Positions 12,109 through 20,513 of a stretch of DNA of 64,000 nucleotides are shown here, one piece after another. The position numbers were made by a program, and so were the translations under genes. Location of the stretch: IMG/VR virus record IMGVR_UViG_3300049847_000198, positions 32,001 through 96,000 of that record; one strand, given 5' to 3'. Every line of letters begins with the position of its first letter. Positions within the stretch are counted from its first letter, which is position 1. Source of the DNA: a virus. The notes under the pieces were generated by a model that had not been told where the DNA came from, searched no databases, and saw only the letters and a program-made list of their open reading frames with translations.

Positions 12109-12657
12109 ATGGCCATACCGATCGACAAGAAAGACATCGCTGCCGCGAAGCAGAAACTCAATCAGGAGATTCGCAAGTTTATGATTGAGACTGGCAAGAA
12201 GTTCGAGGTGTTCTTTAGCGACAAACTCGACACATTGTGTGTTGGAAGAAAACATCACTCACCGCAGGGTGCGTACCCGTACCGAGAGACAGGCAGCCTG
12301 CAAGCGTCAGTCGGTTATGAAGTCACGTCTAACAACTCAATCAACGTCGGCGTCGTTCGCGATGTTCGACTCGATGGCAAGAAACGCAACCCGATGATCT
12401 ATGGCGCAGAACTTGAATATCAGATGTACCGAAAAATGGTGCAGCGTGCTTGGGAAGAGTTCTGGCCAACGATTGACCATCGGATTCTGTTCAAGATCGG
12501 AGCGAAAGTTACTCGCGAACTTGAGTTCGTTCAGACGAAAGGCAAGGCGTTCTCGACAATCCCAACCGTGATCGAACTACAAGACATTGGAGACTTTGTT
12601 GCGACCAAGCCGACCATGATGGGACGCGAGATTTATCAGAAGACAATGTTCGGTTAG
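12109..12657 (+). CDS. HK97 gp10-like neck/tail completion protein
   Basis: SPQGAYPYRETGSLQASV...YGAELEY matches the gp10-family S.PG..P...TG.L..S pattern. Confidence 0.6.
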   Translation: MAIPIDKKDIAAAKQKLNQEIRKFMIETGKKFEVFFSDKLDTLCVGRKHHSPQGAYPYRETGSLQASVGYEVTSNNSINVGVVRDVRLDGKKRNPMIYGAELEYQMYRKMVQRAWEEFWPTIDHRILFKIGAKVTRELEFVQTKGKAFSTIPTVIELQDIGDFVATKPTMMGREIYQKTMFG

Positions 12658-13157
12658 CTGCCGCTTGAATCTGGGAATGAATTTGTTCGCTGGTATTGAC
12701 AGACTCCGTGAATTTCCCCAAGAAAAACGAGCAAATCGTTATGTCCGACTGGATAGTATTCGCTGCCTTCAACGACGCATCGACTCACGGTCGCGTTCGT
12801 CATTTTGAACGGACCAACTGAAGCCGTGTGTCCGTTATTGAAAGCCTGTCGAATCTGCTCAATGAAACCATCGTCGCTCGTCAGGTCGTCTTCGTTGTTC
12901 GTCCACACATACAAGAAAAAGTTCTGTTCGTAGATGACGCAATCCACCGTCCGCTTGATCTCACGTTCTTTCATCACCGCGAACTCAGCACGCGGGAACC
13001 CGACGTTCTCGCTTTCCGGCGTACCAGCCACAATCCGTGCCGCCTTGTCTGTGTACGCCTTCTCGTTGACGTAGCCGCTACCAAGAAAGAGTTTGCAGAT
13101 ACTGGATTCAAGGCCAGCACCAATCCACCGAGCGTCTATCGCCGCGCCAACTGACAT
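12654..13157 (-). CDS. Putative tail terminator/completion protein
   Basis: 167 aa; FPRAEF...YEQNFFLYVW...IEQIRQAF pattern; neighbours are neck/tail genes. Confidence 0.5.
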   Translation of the reverse strand: MSVGAAIDARWIGAGLESSICKLFLGSGYVNEKAYTDKAARIVAGTPESENVGFPRAEFAVMKEREIKRTVDCVIYEQNFFLYVWTNNEDDLTSDDGFIEQIRQAFNNGHTASVGPFKMTNATVSRCVVEGSEYYPVGHNDLLVFLGEIHGVCQYQRTNSFPDSSGS

Positions 13158-13168
13158 TGGAGACTCCC

Positions 13169-13387
13169 ATGCTTATTAAAATCGTAGTGTTCGATCAAAC
13201 GTGGCGACTCGAAGAGTCCGCCAGCTTCACCGAGGAATGGACCGGACCACTGCCGCAACGCAAGGACTGTATCGCCTTGAGCGGTCCAGATGAATTCGGA
13301 ATCGTCAAGCAGCGTATCTGGATGCCTGATGGCAGCCTGACGCTGCATGTGGTGCGGAAAGAAAAAGAGACAGAATCATCTTCTTAG
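13169..13387 (+). CDS. Small hypothetical protein
   Basis: ATG at 13169 with GGAG 6 nt upstream. Confidence 0.55.
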   Translation: MLIKIVVFDQTWRLEESASFTEEWTGPLPQRKDCIALSGPDEFGIVKQRIWMPDGSLTLHVVRKEKETESSS

Positions 13388-13525
13388 CCACGGCCAGAAC
13401 GCCGCGACGCCAGCGGCGATGAACCACTCAGACGGCTTCAGTCGCTCGCGGCGAACTCGCTTGAAGACAATCACGCAACCGAGAAGCCAGTAACCAGCGA
13501 ACAGTCCAAGAAGAAAGTCGAACAT
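13376..13525 (-). CDS. 49-aa membrane peptide (MFDFLLGLFAGYWLLGCVIVFKRVRRERLKPSEWFIAAGVAAFWPWLRR)
   Basis: Read by hand (below the ORF-track cutoff); fills the gap exactly; two hydrophobic segments with a basic linker. Confidence 0.45.
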   Translation of the reverse strand: MFDFLLGLFAGYWLLGCVIVFKRVRRERLKPSEWFIAAGVAAFWPWLRR

Positions 13526-13721
13526 GAAGAAAGACCGTATTCAGGGCGAAGTACTTTTCATTGACGTCTCTCAATGTGCAAGGCGTTACTCAATCAGCAA
13601 TCGAGCATGGACGAGGCTTGTCGCAAAAGGCGAGGCACCGAGTCCGGTTAAGTTCGGCAGGTTGACGCGATGGTCAATCAAGTCTCTTGAAGAATGGGAA
13701 TCACGAAAGGAAAAGCAATGA
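13524..13721 (+). CDS. AlpA/excisionase-like HTH DNA-binding protein
   Basis: IDVSQCARRYSIS...LVAKGEAPSPVKFGRLTRWSIKSLEEW is the AlpA-family pattern. Confidence 0.8.
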   Translation: MKKDRIQGEVLFIDVSQCARRYSISNRAWTRLVAKGEAPSPVKFGRLTRWSIKSLEEWESRKEKQ

Positions 13722-13993
13722 ACTCACGCAGCAACAAGGTTCGATGTGATGTTTGCCACAAAGAAAACATCGGAAGAATGAAGAGAACCAAATGTCTCGA
13801 TTGCGATAAGATGATGTGTCGGTTTTGTACCGCCGTTTTGCAGGGAGACGGAGAAAGGTGCCCTGATTGCAGAAGGCGACGATTCCTTGAGTTCGTTGAA
13901 GAAAACAAGTACCGAAAGAACAAAAATCAGATTGCGATTAGCTGCCAAGGCGAAACCATCTACGGAGTTCCGTGGACCGGAGTAGAACAGTGA
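13718..13993 (+). CDS. Cys-rich zinc-finger protein
   Basis: Four CxxC pairs. Confidence 0.65.
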   Translation: MNSRSNKVRCDVCHKENIGRMKRTKCLDCDKMMCRFCTAVLQGDGERCPDCRRRRFLEFVEENKYRKNKNQIAISCQGETIYGVPWTGVEQ

Positions 13994-13995
13994 AA

Positions 13996-14361
13996 TCATC
14001 CCACAGGTCCGAACTCCTCGATCACAGTGACCCACGCCATAACAGAACCTGAACCAAGAACCTGTGGTCGAGACGGCTGAACGACCGATGTCTCGACGGC
14101 GTCTGCGCCAGTGTATGGAACAACCCAGACGTGAGAAGTGCTGCCGATTTCGGGATCGCTCGACGTGAACAACTTCCAGCTTCTCTTCCCTGCCCTAATT
14201 CCAAGTGCTGCGATCTCGGACGAAGGGGTTCCTTGTTGATTGCACTTAACCGTCCGCGAGTTCGACGTCCACGCCTTCTGCGCAGCACCGCCTGCCGTCT
14301 TTGTTGACGTCTGCGACTTCACGGTGACAGTGTGTTTTTCACATAAAAGAGCGAGCGACAT
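13996..14361 (-). CDS. Head-closure / head-tail joining protein (SPP1 gp16-like)
   Basis: HTVTVKSQTSTKTAGGAAQKAW...VKC pattern, 121 aa. Confidence 0.65.
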   Translation of the reverse strand: MSLALLCEKHTVTVKSQTSTKTAGGAAQKAWTSNSRTVKCNQQGTPSSEIAALGIRAGKRSWKLFTSSDPEIGSTSHVWVVPYTGADAVETSVVQPSRPQVLGSGSVMAWVTVIEEFGPVG

Positions 14362-14363
14362 GC

Positions 14364-15449
14364 TTATGGTTCCGGCTTGAAGAGTTTCGTGAAGTCCGCC
14401 TTCTGGTAGATCGCCGTCTCGTCCTGATAGCCAATCACGAGGTCGTCGTAGTTGTACCCGAACGCGAAGTTGCAATCGCTGAATGGGTTATTGACCTGCC
14501 GCTCCAGGCGATAGAAGCCAGCCGGGGCGAAGATGCACTCGGCGTATGGACCCGTACCGACCTTGTTGCTCGCACCTTGATAGAAGAAATGGTTCCATCC
14601 GCCCGGAGCGTCTTGGTCCATAGCGAATACCCGTTTTTCGCTGAACCGATAGACCATCTCCATCGCGTAGGTGCCGTCAGACATCACCTGAGTCTGCACC
14701 TGTGCTCCTGGAAAAAGAAGCGTCTCGACGGCAACCTGACCAGTGATGAAATTCAACTGAGACGAATTGACGTGACCTATGCAGTTTCGGATCGCTGTGA
14801 ACGGCGGACGAACCACTCGCGGCCAAGTTACCTCGTGCTCGATCTGAGCAATCAAGACGTGTGCTTTCGTGTCTTCGTCAACCTGACGACCAACCCAGTT
14901 TCGGTAAGTCGGATCGCTTGGCAAGACAGGAACAGTCTCTGTTTTGTAGAGCAGCTTATCCCACACACTGCCGCCACGACCGAGCGTGATGACCTCCCCG
15001 CCAATCGACCAACGATGCGTCAGATACGGCACAGGGTCAGTGTCGTTGACTGGCTGGTTCTTGAGGTTCTCATACGTCAGTTCGACGTGCGCATGGTTGT
15101 AGACCGGCAGCTTGATTGATGTGCCAGTGTAGTCCAAAACAGGACTAATCGCAGGAGCGACGTTCGCAATCAGGTCTCCGGCATTGACTGGAATGATTTT
15201 CAGGTTCGTGCAGCGCAGATTCGGCCAACCGGGAAACGCTTGTCCGAGGTACTGGTATAGATTGCCTGAGATGATCTGCGACGGCGGGAAAATCGACGTA
15301 GCGAACGCAGCGAGATCGTCCCACGGAACCCAGCCACAGACAGTGGCACGCGATTCATTGGAACTGATATCGAACGTCGGATACCCAGCTTCGACCGAGA
15401 ACCCTGACGTTGGTGATGCGTTGGGGTATGCCCCAATGTTTGTGCTCAT
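14364..15449 (-). CDS. Putative tail tip/distal tail protein
   Basis: 361 aa immediately downstream of the tape measure gene; GWNHFF motif. Confidence 0.5.
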   Translation of the reverse strand: MSTNIGAYPNASPTSGFSVEAGYPTFDISSNESRATVCGWVPWDDLAAFATSIFPPSQIISGNLYQYLGQAFPGWPNLRCTNLKIIPVNAGDLIANVAPAISPVLDYTGTSIKLPVYNHAHVELTYENLKNQPVNDTDPVPYLTHRWSIGGEVITLGRGGSVWDKLLYKTETVPVLPSDPTYRNWVGRQVDEDTKAHVLIAQIEHEVTWPRVVRPPFTAIRNCIGHVNSSQLNFITGQVAVETLLFPGAQVQTQVMSDGTYAMEMVYRFSEKRVFAMDQDAPGGWNHFFYQGASNKVGTGPYAECIFAPAGFYRLERQVNNPFSDCNFAFGYNYDDLVIGYQDETAIYQKADFTKLFKPEP

Positions 15450-15487
15450 TCGATTCGGCTTCCGTTCCGATGCCTGTCAAAAAGAAA

Positions 15488-18400
15488 CTACGCCAGCAAA
15501 CCCGTTTCCATGTTCTGGATCGCACCAACCGTCTGGCCAACGCCGTTAGAGATCATGCCAAGTTTTTCGTTCAGCGTGCGGAGAATGTCCGTCAGCACCT
15601 TGGAATTATCAAGTCCGTCCTTTAATGACACTTCCATGCCCTTTGAAGAAACATCACTGCCGCCTCCGATACCAAGGCGGTTCATCCGATCTTCCTGTGC
15701 CTTCAAAGCGTCCTTGCCATACTCGATCTTCGGCATTCCTTTGACTTCGTCTTGTCCTGCCTTCCAGCCTTCATATTCAGTGTTGCCTCGTGCGCTGTAG
15801 TTCGGCTTCGCGGACGTCGGCATGTCCGACAAACGACCCGCAACCTGCTTCTCTCGCTGAGACGTTCCTTTCGTGTAGCGTCCCGTGTCTTTGTTCATCA
15901 ACGTGCTCGCCTCGTGACTGAACTCTGGAGTCGCCTTGTCCATCCACGAGTTTCTTTTAGTCGCAGCACCGACACGAGTCCCTCTACTACTCCCGTAGTC
16001 GGTTCGAGGAATGATCCCGCTTTTCAGGCTACCGAAACTCCAAGGTTCAGGTTTTTCTTCTTCTTTCGGCTTAGCGGCATCGGAAGCATTCTTGCGAGCA
16101 AGCATCCCTGCTCGCTTTGTGTCTGATTCAACCTTCTTCTGTGAATCAGTTTTCGGTTCTGCATACAGCCGCCCCGTTGCGTCTTGCGCCTTCTGGGACA
16201 TGCCACGTCTCTGCATTTGCTTGAGATGCTCTTCTTTGGCCATCTCGCGAAAATCAGGACCAAGCGGCTGCGTGTATGTTGCCGTAGATTTGCTTGACGA
16301 GGCATTTGCTCCCATGCCCTTTGTGCCCTGCGAGCGAGGACCGGGCATCGTGAACTCCATCTCGCTGGTTTCTCCACCAGTTCGAGGTTCAAGCATCTTC
16401 TTGCGAAGAAACTTCAACGACGATTCATCTGCGCCAACGCCAGAGGCACGCTTCATTGAGTCTTGCGCTCGCTGAGACAAAGCAGAATCCTGGTGCTGAT
16501 CATAGAGTCGTTCCCCTGCCCCGTAATGGTTCTGGCTATTCCCGCCTGCTCTAAGCTGGCCGAGAGTTGGCAACGGTCCAACAAAAAGACTGCGACGAGA
16601 AATCTTCTCTCGTTCTGCGTTCTTTGCCGCCACCGCTTCCTGTTGTCGTTTTCGTGACGCCTTGAGTTGCTCGTTGCGTTGCTGAAACGGCGTCAGCGAC
16701 TTCTTGAAATAGGATCTGGATTGAGGAGCGGCTGACGGAATCGCCGGTCCAGCACCGAACGATTCGTGCTGTGGTTTATTCACCGTTGGGCGAGTTTCTT
16801 TTTTCTTTTCCTCAACAGGCTTCTTGTCGTAATCTGGAGCATCGAACCACAATTGGCCGCGACCAGAACCCGCACCCCATCCAAAACCTCCGCCGCCCGC
16901 GAATCCCGGAACGCCAGCCTCGCCGAACATCTCCGCTGATCGCTTACCGTTGTTCTGCCCAAGCCGCTCCTGCTGCTGCGGAGTCAGCACGACTTCACCG
17001 GGACGCAATCGTGCCGGGATCGTGTCGCGTGCGTCGCCTCGTCCGCCTTCCGCATATCCACGAATCATGCCACCCATCGCGCTGCCGGGAAACTTAGCCC
17101 CTCTGGCAAGGTCGTCTCGCAGAGCCTTGATCTCGTCACGAATCTGTTTTTCAACTTCCAGTGACGGATCGTTATTCAAAAGAGATGTCTGGATTGTGTT
17201 ATACAATCCCTCAACGCCCATTACCTGCGCCGTACCCTTCGGGCGTGCGGCGTTATCCAGTTGCTTCAGGATCGTTTGCTGATCGCCAGCAGAAGAATCA
17301 TTAAACGACTCTTTGAGTGCTCCACGACTCTGCTTGATGTCGTCGAGACGGAACAAGCCTTCATTCACGACACCGGGAAGCATCTGACTGAAGTTACGCA
17401 GTCCTGCTCCGGCGATTCCGAGAGCACGTTTGAACTTTGCTCGCTCTGCGTCGGCTACAAGCTGCAACGCCTCTGGTTCAGCGTTCAGCTTCTCGTAAGC
17501 CTTACGTCGAATCTCTAACTCGACTACCAGCTTTTGACTCTCTTGCTCGATATCTCGCTGAGCGTTGAATTCCGCAAGAATTCGAGACTGACCTTTCGTC
17601 GTCATGTATTCTTGAGTTCGACGTTCTTTCTCTGGCTTGCTGGTCAGATTGTTATAGGCCGCTTGCGTGACATCGAGTTTCTCTTTGAGTTCAGGTCCGA
17701 GTCGTCTTACTCGCTCTTTCGCCTCCTTGATTGCCGCTTCATTCCCTTGAAGTCTTTCGCTTGCTCGACTGACGGCTTCCCCGAAAACAGGACGACCAGT
17801 TCTTGCTTGCTGGTTCCTTGCCTGCATCAACTCGTCTGATGTTGAGTTCGGATTCTCAGTCGCCTGACGAACGAGTTCCGCTCGTCCCTTGATGCTGTCG
17901 TCTAGTTCCTTCAGGAGAGCTTCAAGCTCCTTGTAAACACCAGCTTCTTTTTCTTTATCGAACTTTGCCTGTAGTTCGTTGATATGTTTGCGAGCGCGAA
18001 CGCGATCAAGTTCCGACATCTCAGTGAAATTCCACAGCTTTGGATTTTCTTTCGCAGCCTGAGAAAAATTCTTCGGAGCGTTGAATCTCCCTTTTGGTTC
18101 ATATTTTTCCTCCTCAAGCCCCAGTCGAGCGAAAGTGTCACCGAAAGCTGGACCAATAGACTCAAAGAATCCAGAGAACGCATCTTTGAAGTAATTGCCA
18201 ACCGCTGGAAGTGGAGCACGATTCGGGTCTCGCTTGTCTGGAATGGACTCCTTCTCCATTCGGTTCATCTGTGCCTTGAGCTTGTTGATCTCCGCGTTGA
18301 CCGCCATTGGGTCGCCAGAAATCTTCAGGATGTCTTCCGAGATCGAACCTGACGAAGATCGACCACGAATCTTCTCAACCTTGCCCATCGAGTCAGCAAG

Positions 18401-20413
18401 ACGGTCGATCGAGTCCTTCCATCCCTCTGTTGATTTCTTCGCCTTCTTCGAGGCGATGTCATACAGCGCAGTCACAGCCAACAACGAAGCGATGCCAACG
18501 CTTGCCGCTGTGCCGCCTACGCCTACCAATGCCAACGCGGGTCCAATGTTGTTCGCTGCACCAAGAAACGCCCTGACAGGTGATTGCCCTGCCGCGAGAA
18601 CTTGGAAGAAGTCCTCAACGCCATACGCCGCCTGCTGTGCGGCGAACGTCAGGTTTTGGCCTCCAAACCCCTTTGATGCGGCATTCGGGTTGCGGACACG
18701 CTCGTTCTCTCTGTGTGCCTGAGCGAGTTTTGTTTGCGCAGCCTGAATCTTGTATTTGCTGGCACCGCTTGCTTCTAGGTCCGCCAAGACATTCTGTGCT
18801 TTATCGAGCGCGGCTTGAGCAGGTATAGCCTTCGCGGCGTTTACCGCGTTCATTTTCCGGCGTGTCTTTAGAGTTCGTTTATCTTCGGCAGCAATATCTT
18901 CCAGTAGCTTAGCTGATTCCGCAGCCGCTGTGTCGCCTCTCGCAGCCGCCGCCGCTCCTGCCTTCCTCTGTTTTATTTCTTCTTTTTTGGCTGCCTTGAA
19001 GTCTCCTACGATAAGTTTATCAGCGTCGCCGTAAGCCGATTCGAGATGCTTAGCAGTCAGACTTCGGTCAACTCCGAAAAGACCGCGTCCTTTGCGTATC
19101 TTCTCGGTAGCGTCGTCGTAGGCTTCTTGGCGATCCCCAAAGCGACTTGACGGCTTCGGGGCGTTTGCGGCATTCATCTTCGCCCACTGTGCTGCATTCG
19201 GTGCCGCAGGTCCGAACTGCGGACCTGGTGGCGGCGGTGAGTTTGCCGCTGCATTGGCAGCGTTCATCTTCGCCTGCTGAGCAGGAGTAGGTGCCGCAGG
19301 TCCGAACTGCGGCATTGACTGAGCGGCATTCATTGCCGCTTGTTGCTGCGGAGTCGGAACAGGCGGTCCAGCCGCCTGATGTGGTCCATAGGTTCCTGTC
19401 GGCTGACGGAACTGGTCTCGCTCCTGTTTCTTCTGGTTCTCTTTCTGTTCTCTAATCCAGTCGTCGGCAAACTTCTTATCCGCAGCCGCTTTTGCCGCCG
19501 CAGCCTTAGCGGAAACGTCCGCCGCTTTCTTTGCGTCAGCTTCTTGCTTCTGCCTATTCGCGTTCGCTGACTTAATCCAGTCGGCGGAAAACTTAGCCGC
19601 TGCGTCAGCTTTCTTCTTCTCGGCGTCAGCAGCTTTCTTTTGTGATTTTGCGTAATCAGCTTCTTGCTTCTTTGCGTCAGACCGAGAAGAAGCGATCCAC
19701 TGCTTCGCGAACTCTTCGTCCGCCTTGGCTTTGGCGATGCGAGCGGCTTCCGCCTGCTTCTCGGCAGTAGGCAATTCGTCTCCGCCAAGAGAGCGTTTAA
19801 CGCCACCCATCGAGTTTCCTCCGGGAAGAAAACCGCCACCACCAACGGGCGGGTTCTCTCCGGCAGGCAATTCGTAATGGACGCGAAACTTCTCTTGCTC
19901 TTTCAGGCGATACTTCTGGCGAGCACTTAAAATGCTCCCCGAAGGAAGAGGCTGATTTGGTCCCCCCAAGTCTGGACCGCCAAAATTAGCCGGTAATGGC
20001 CTTTGAGAAGGCGCTGTCGGTGTTTGCTCAATCGGCGGATTCGACGATCCAGAACGCGATTTTCGAGTCTTGGGAGCGTTCCGTGCGGCATTGGCTGAAG
20101 AAACAGCAGTCTTCGCTTCCTTCGCGGCCGCCGCCACGGCGTTCAGGTCCGTGACCATCGCGCTGGATTGCTCGGAAACGACGTTCCTGAGACCTGTCTT
20201 TGCCTTTTCGCCAGCATCAAGAAAAGCCTCTCCGAGAACTGCGGCAGCGACTACCACACGTCCAAGGCTGTTTTCCATGCTCTTAGATGCGGATTCCACG
20301 GTCTTTGCCAGACCATCAACCTTCGTTTCAGTCTTTTTTGTCGCCGCAGAGAGTTCTTCCTCTGAAAAAAGAACGCCCTGAACGAACCGCACGTTTTTCT
20401 TTGAATCCGCCAT
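15488..20413 (-). CDS. Tape measure protein
   Basis: 1641 aa, Ala/Lys-rich helical, central hydrophobic segment, GGMIRGYAEGG...DTIPARLRPGEVVL...GFAGGG motif. Confidence 0.8.
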   Translation of the reverse strand: MADSKKNVRFVQGVLFSEEELSAATKKTETKVDGLAKTVESASKSMENSLGRVVVAAAVLGEAFLDAGEKAKTGLRNVVSEQSSAMVTDLNAVAAAAKEAKTAVSSANAARNAPKTRKSRSGSSNPPIEQTPTAPSQRPLPANFGGPDLGGPNQPLPSGSILSARQKYRLKEQEKFRVHYELPAGENPPVGGGGFLPGGNSMGGVKRSLGGDELPTAEKQAEAARIAKAKADEEFAKQWIASSRSDAKKQEADYAKSQKKAADAEKKKADAAAKFSADWIKSANANRQKQEADAKKAADVSAKAAAAKAAADKKFADDWIREQKENQKKQERDQFRQPTGTYGPHQAAGPPVPTPQQQAAMNAAQSMPQFGPAAPTPAQQAKMNAANAAANSPPPPGPQFGPAAPNAAQWAKMNAANAPKPSSRFGDRQEAYDDATEKIRKGRGLFGVDRSLTAKHLESAYGDADKLIVGDFKAAKKEEIKQRKAGAAAAARGDTAAAESAKLLEDIAAEDKRTLKTRRKMNAVNAAKAIPAQAALDKAQNVLADLEASGASKYKIQAAQTKLAQAHRENERVRNPNAASKGFGGQNLTFAAQQAAYGVEDFFQVLAAGQSPVRAFLGAANNIGPALALVGVGGTAASVGIASLLAVTALYDIASKKAKKSTEGWKDSIDRLADSMGKVEKIRGRSSSGSISEDILKISGDPMAVNAEINKLKAQMNRMEKESIPDKRDPNRAPLPAVGNYFKDAFSGFFESIGPAFGDTFARLGLEEEKYEPKGRFNAPKNFSQAAKENPKLWNFTEMSELDRVRARKHINELQAKFDKEKEAGVYKELEALLKELDDSIKGRAELVRQATENPNSTSDELMQARNQQARTGRPVFGEAVSRASERLQGNEAAIKEAKERVRRLGPELKEKLDVTQAAYNNLTSKPEKERRTQEYMTTKGQSRILAEFNAQRDIEQESQKLVVELEIRRKAYEKLNAEPEALQLVADAERAKFKRALGIAGAGLRNFSQMLPGVVNEGLFRLDDIKQSRGALKESFNDSSAGDQQTILKQLDNAARPKGTAQVMGVEGLYNTIQTSLLNNDPSLEVEKQIRDEIKALRDDLARGAKFPGSAMGGMIRGYAEGGRGDARDTIPARLRPGEVVLTPQQQERLGQNNGKRSAEMFGEAGVPGFAGGGGFGWGAGSGRGQLWFDAPDYDKKPVEEKKKETRPTVNKPQHESFGAGPAIPSAAPQSRSYFKKSLTPFQQRNEQLKASRKRQQEAVAAKNAEREKISRRSLFVGPLPTLGQLRAGGNSQNHYGAGERLYDQHQDSALSQRAQDSMKRASGVGADESSLKFLRKKMLEPRTGGETSEMEFTMPGPRSQGTKGMGANASSSKSTATYTQPLGPDFREMAKEEHLKQMQRRGMSQKAQDATGRLYAEPKTDSQKKVESDTKRAGMLARKNASDAAKPKEEEKPEPWSFGSLKSGIIPRTDYGSSRGTRVGAATKRNSWMDKATPEFSHEASTLMNKDTGRYTKGTSQREKQVAGRLSDMPTSAKPNYSARGNTEYEGWKAGQDEVKGMPKIEYGKDALKAQEDRMNRLGIGGGSDVSSKGMEVSLKDGLDNSKVLTDILRTLNEKLGMISNGVGQTVGAIQNMETGLLA
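19200..19312. repeat. 23-bp direct repeat GGTGCCGCAGGTCCGAACTGCGG at 19200 and 19290
   Basis: Exact copies 90 bp apart, encoding PQFGPAAP repeats in the tape measure protein. Confidence 0.85.
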
Positions 20414-20414
20414 C

Positions 20415-20513
20415 GCCGCCTCCGTTGAGAATGAGGCGGCAGGTTAGCCGAAAAACGACGGGCGTGTCATCGTTGCGTATTTGGAGTGCCGCGCGGCACC
20501 TGAGTTTCGGCTA
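20415..20513 (-). promoter_or_regulatory. Structured tape-measure leader: three-way junction plus SD-sequestering hairpin
   Basis: TAGCCGAAA/TTTCGGCTA closing stem with two inner hairpins; GCCGCCTC/GAGGCGGC hairpin covers the GGAGG. Confidence 0.55.

Noticed and set aside
13524-13721. Evidence of an integrated prophage from the AlpA/Xis-like gene
   Set aside because: No integrase, att site or host flanking genes in the window; lifestyle cannot be determined.
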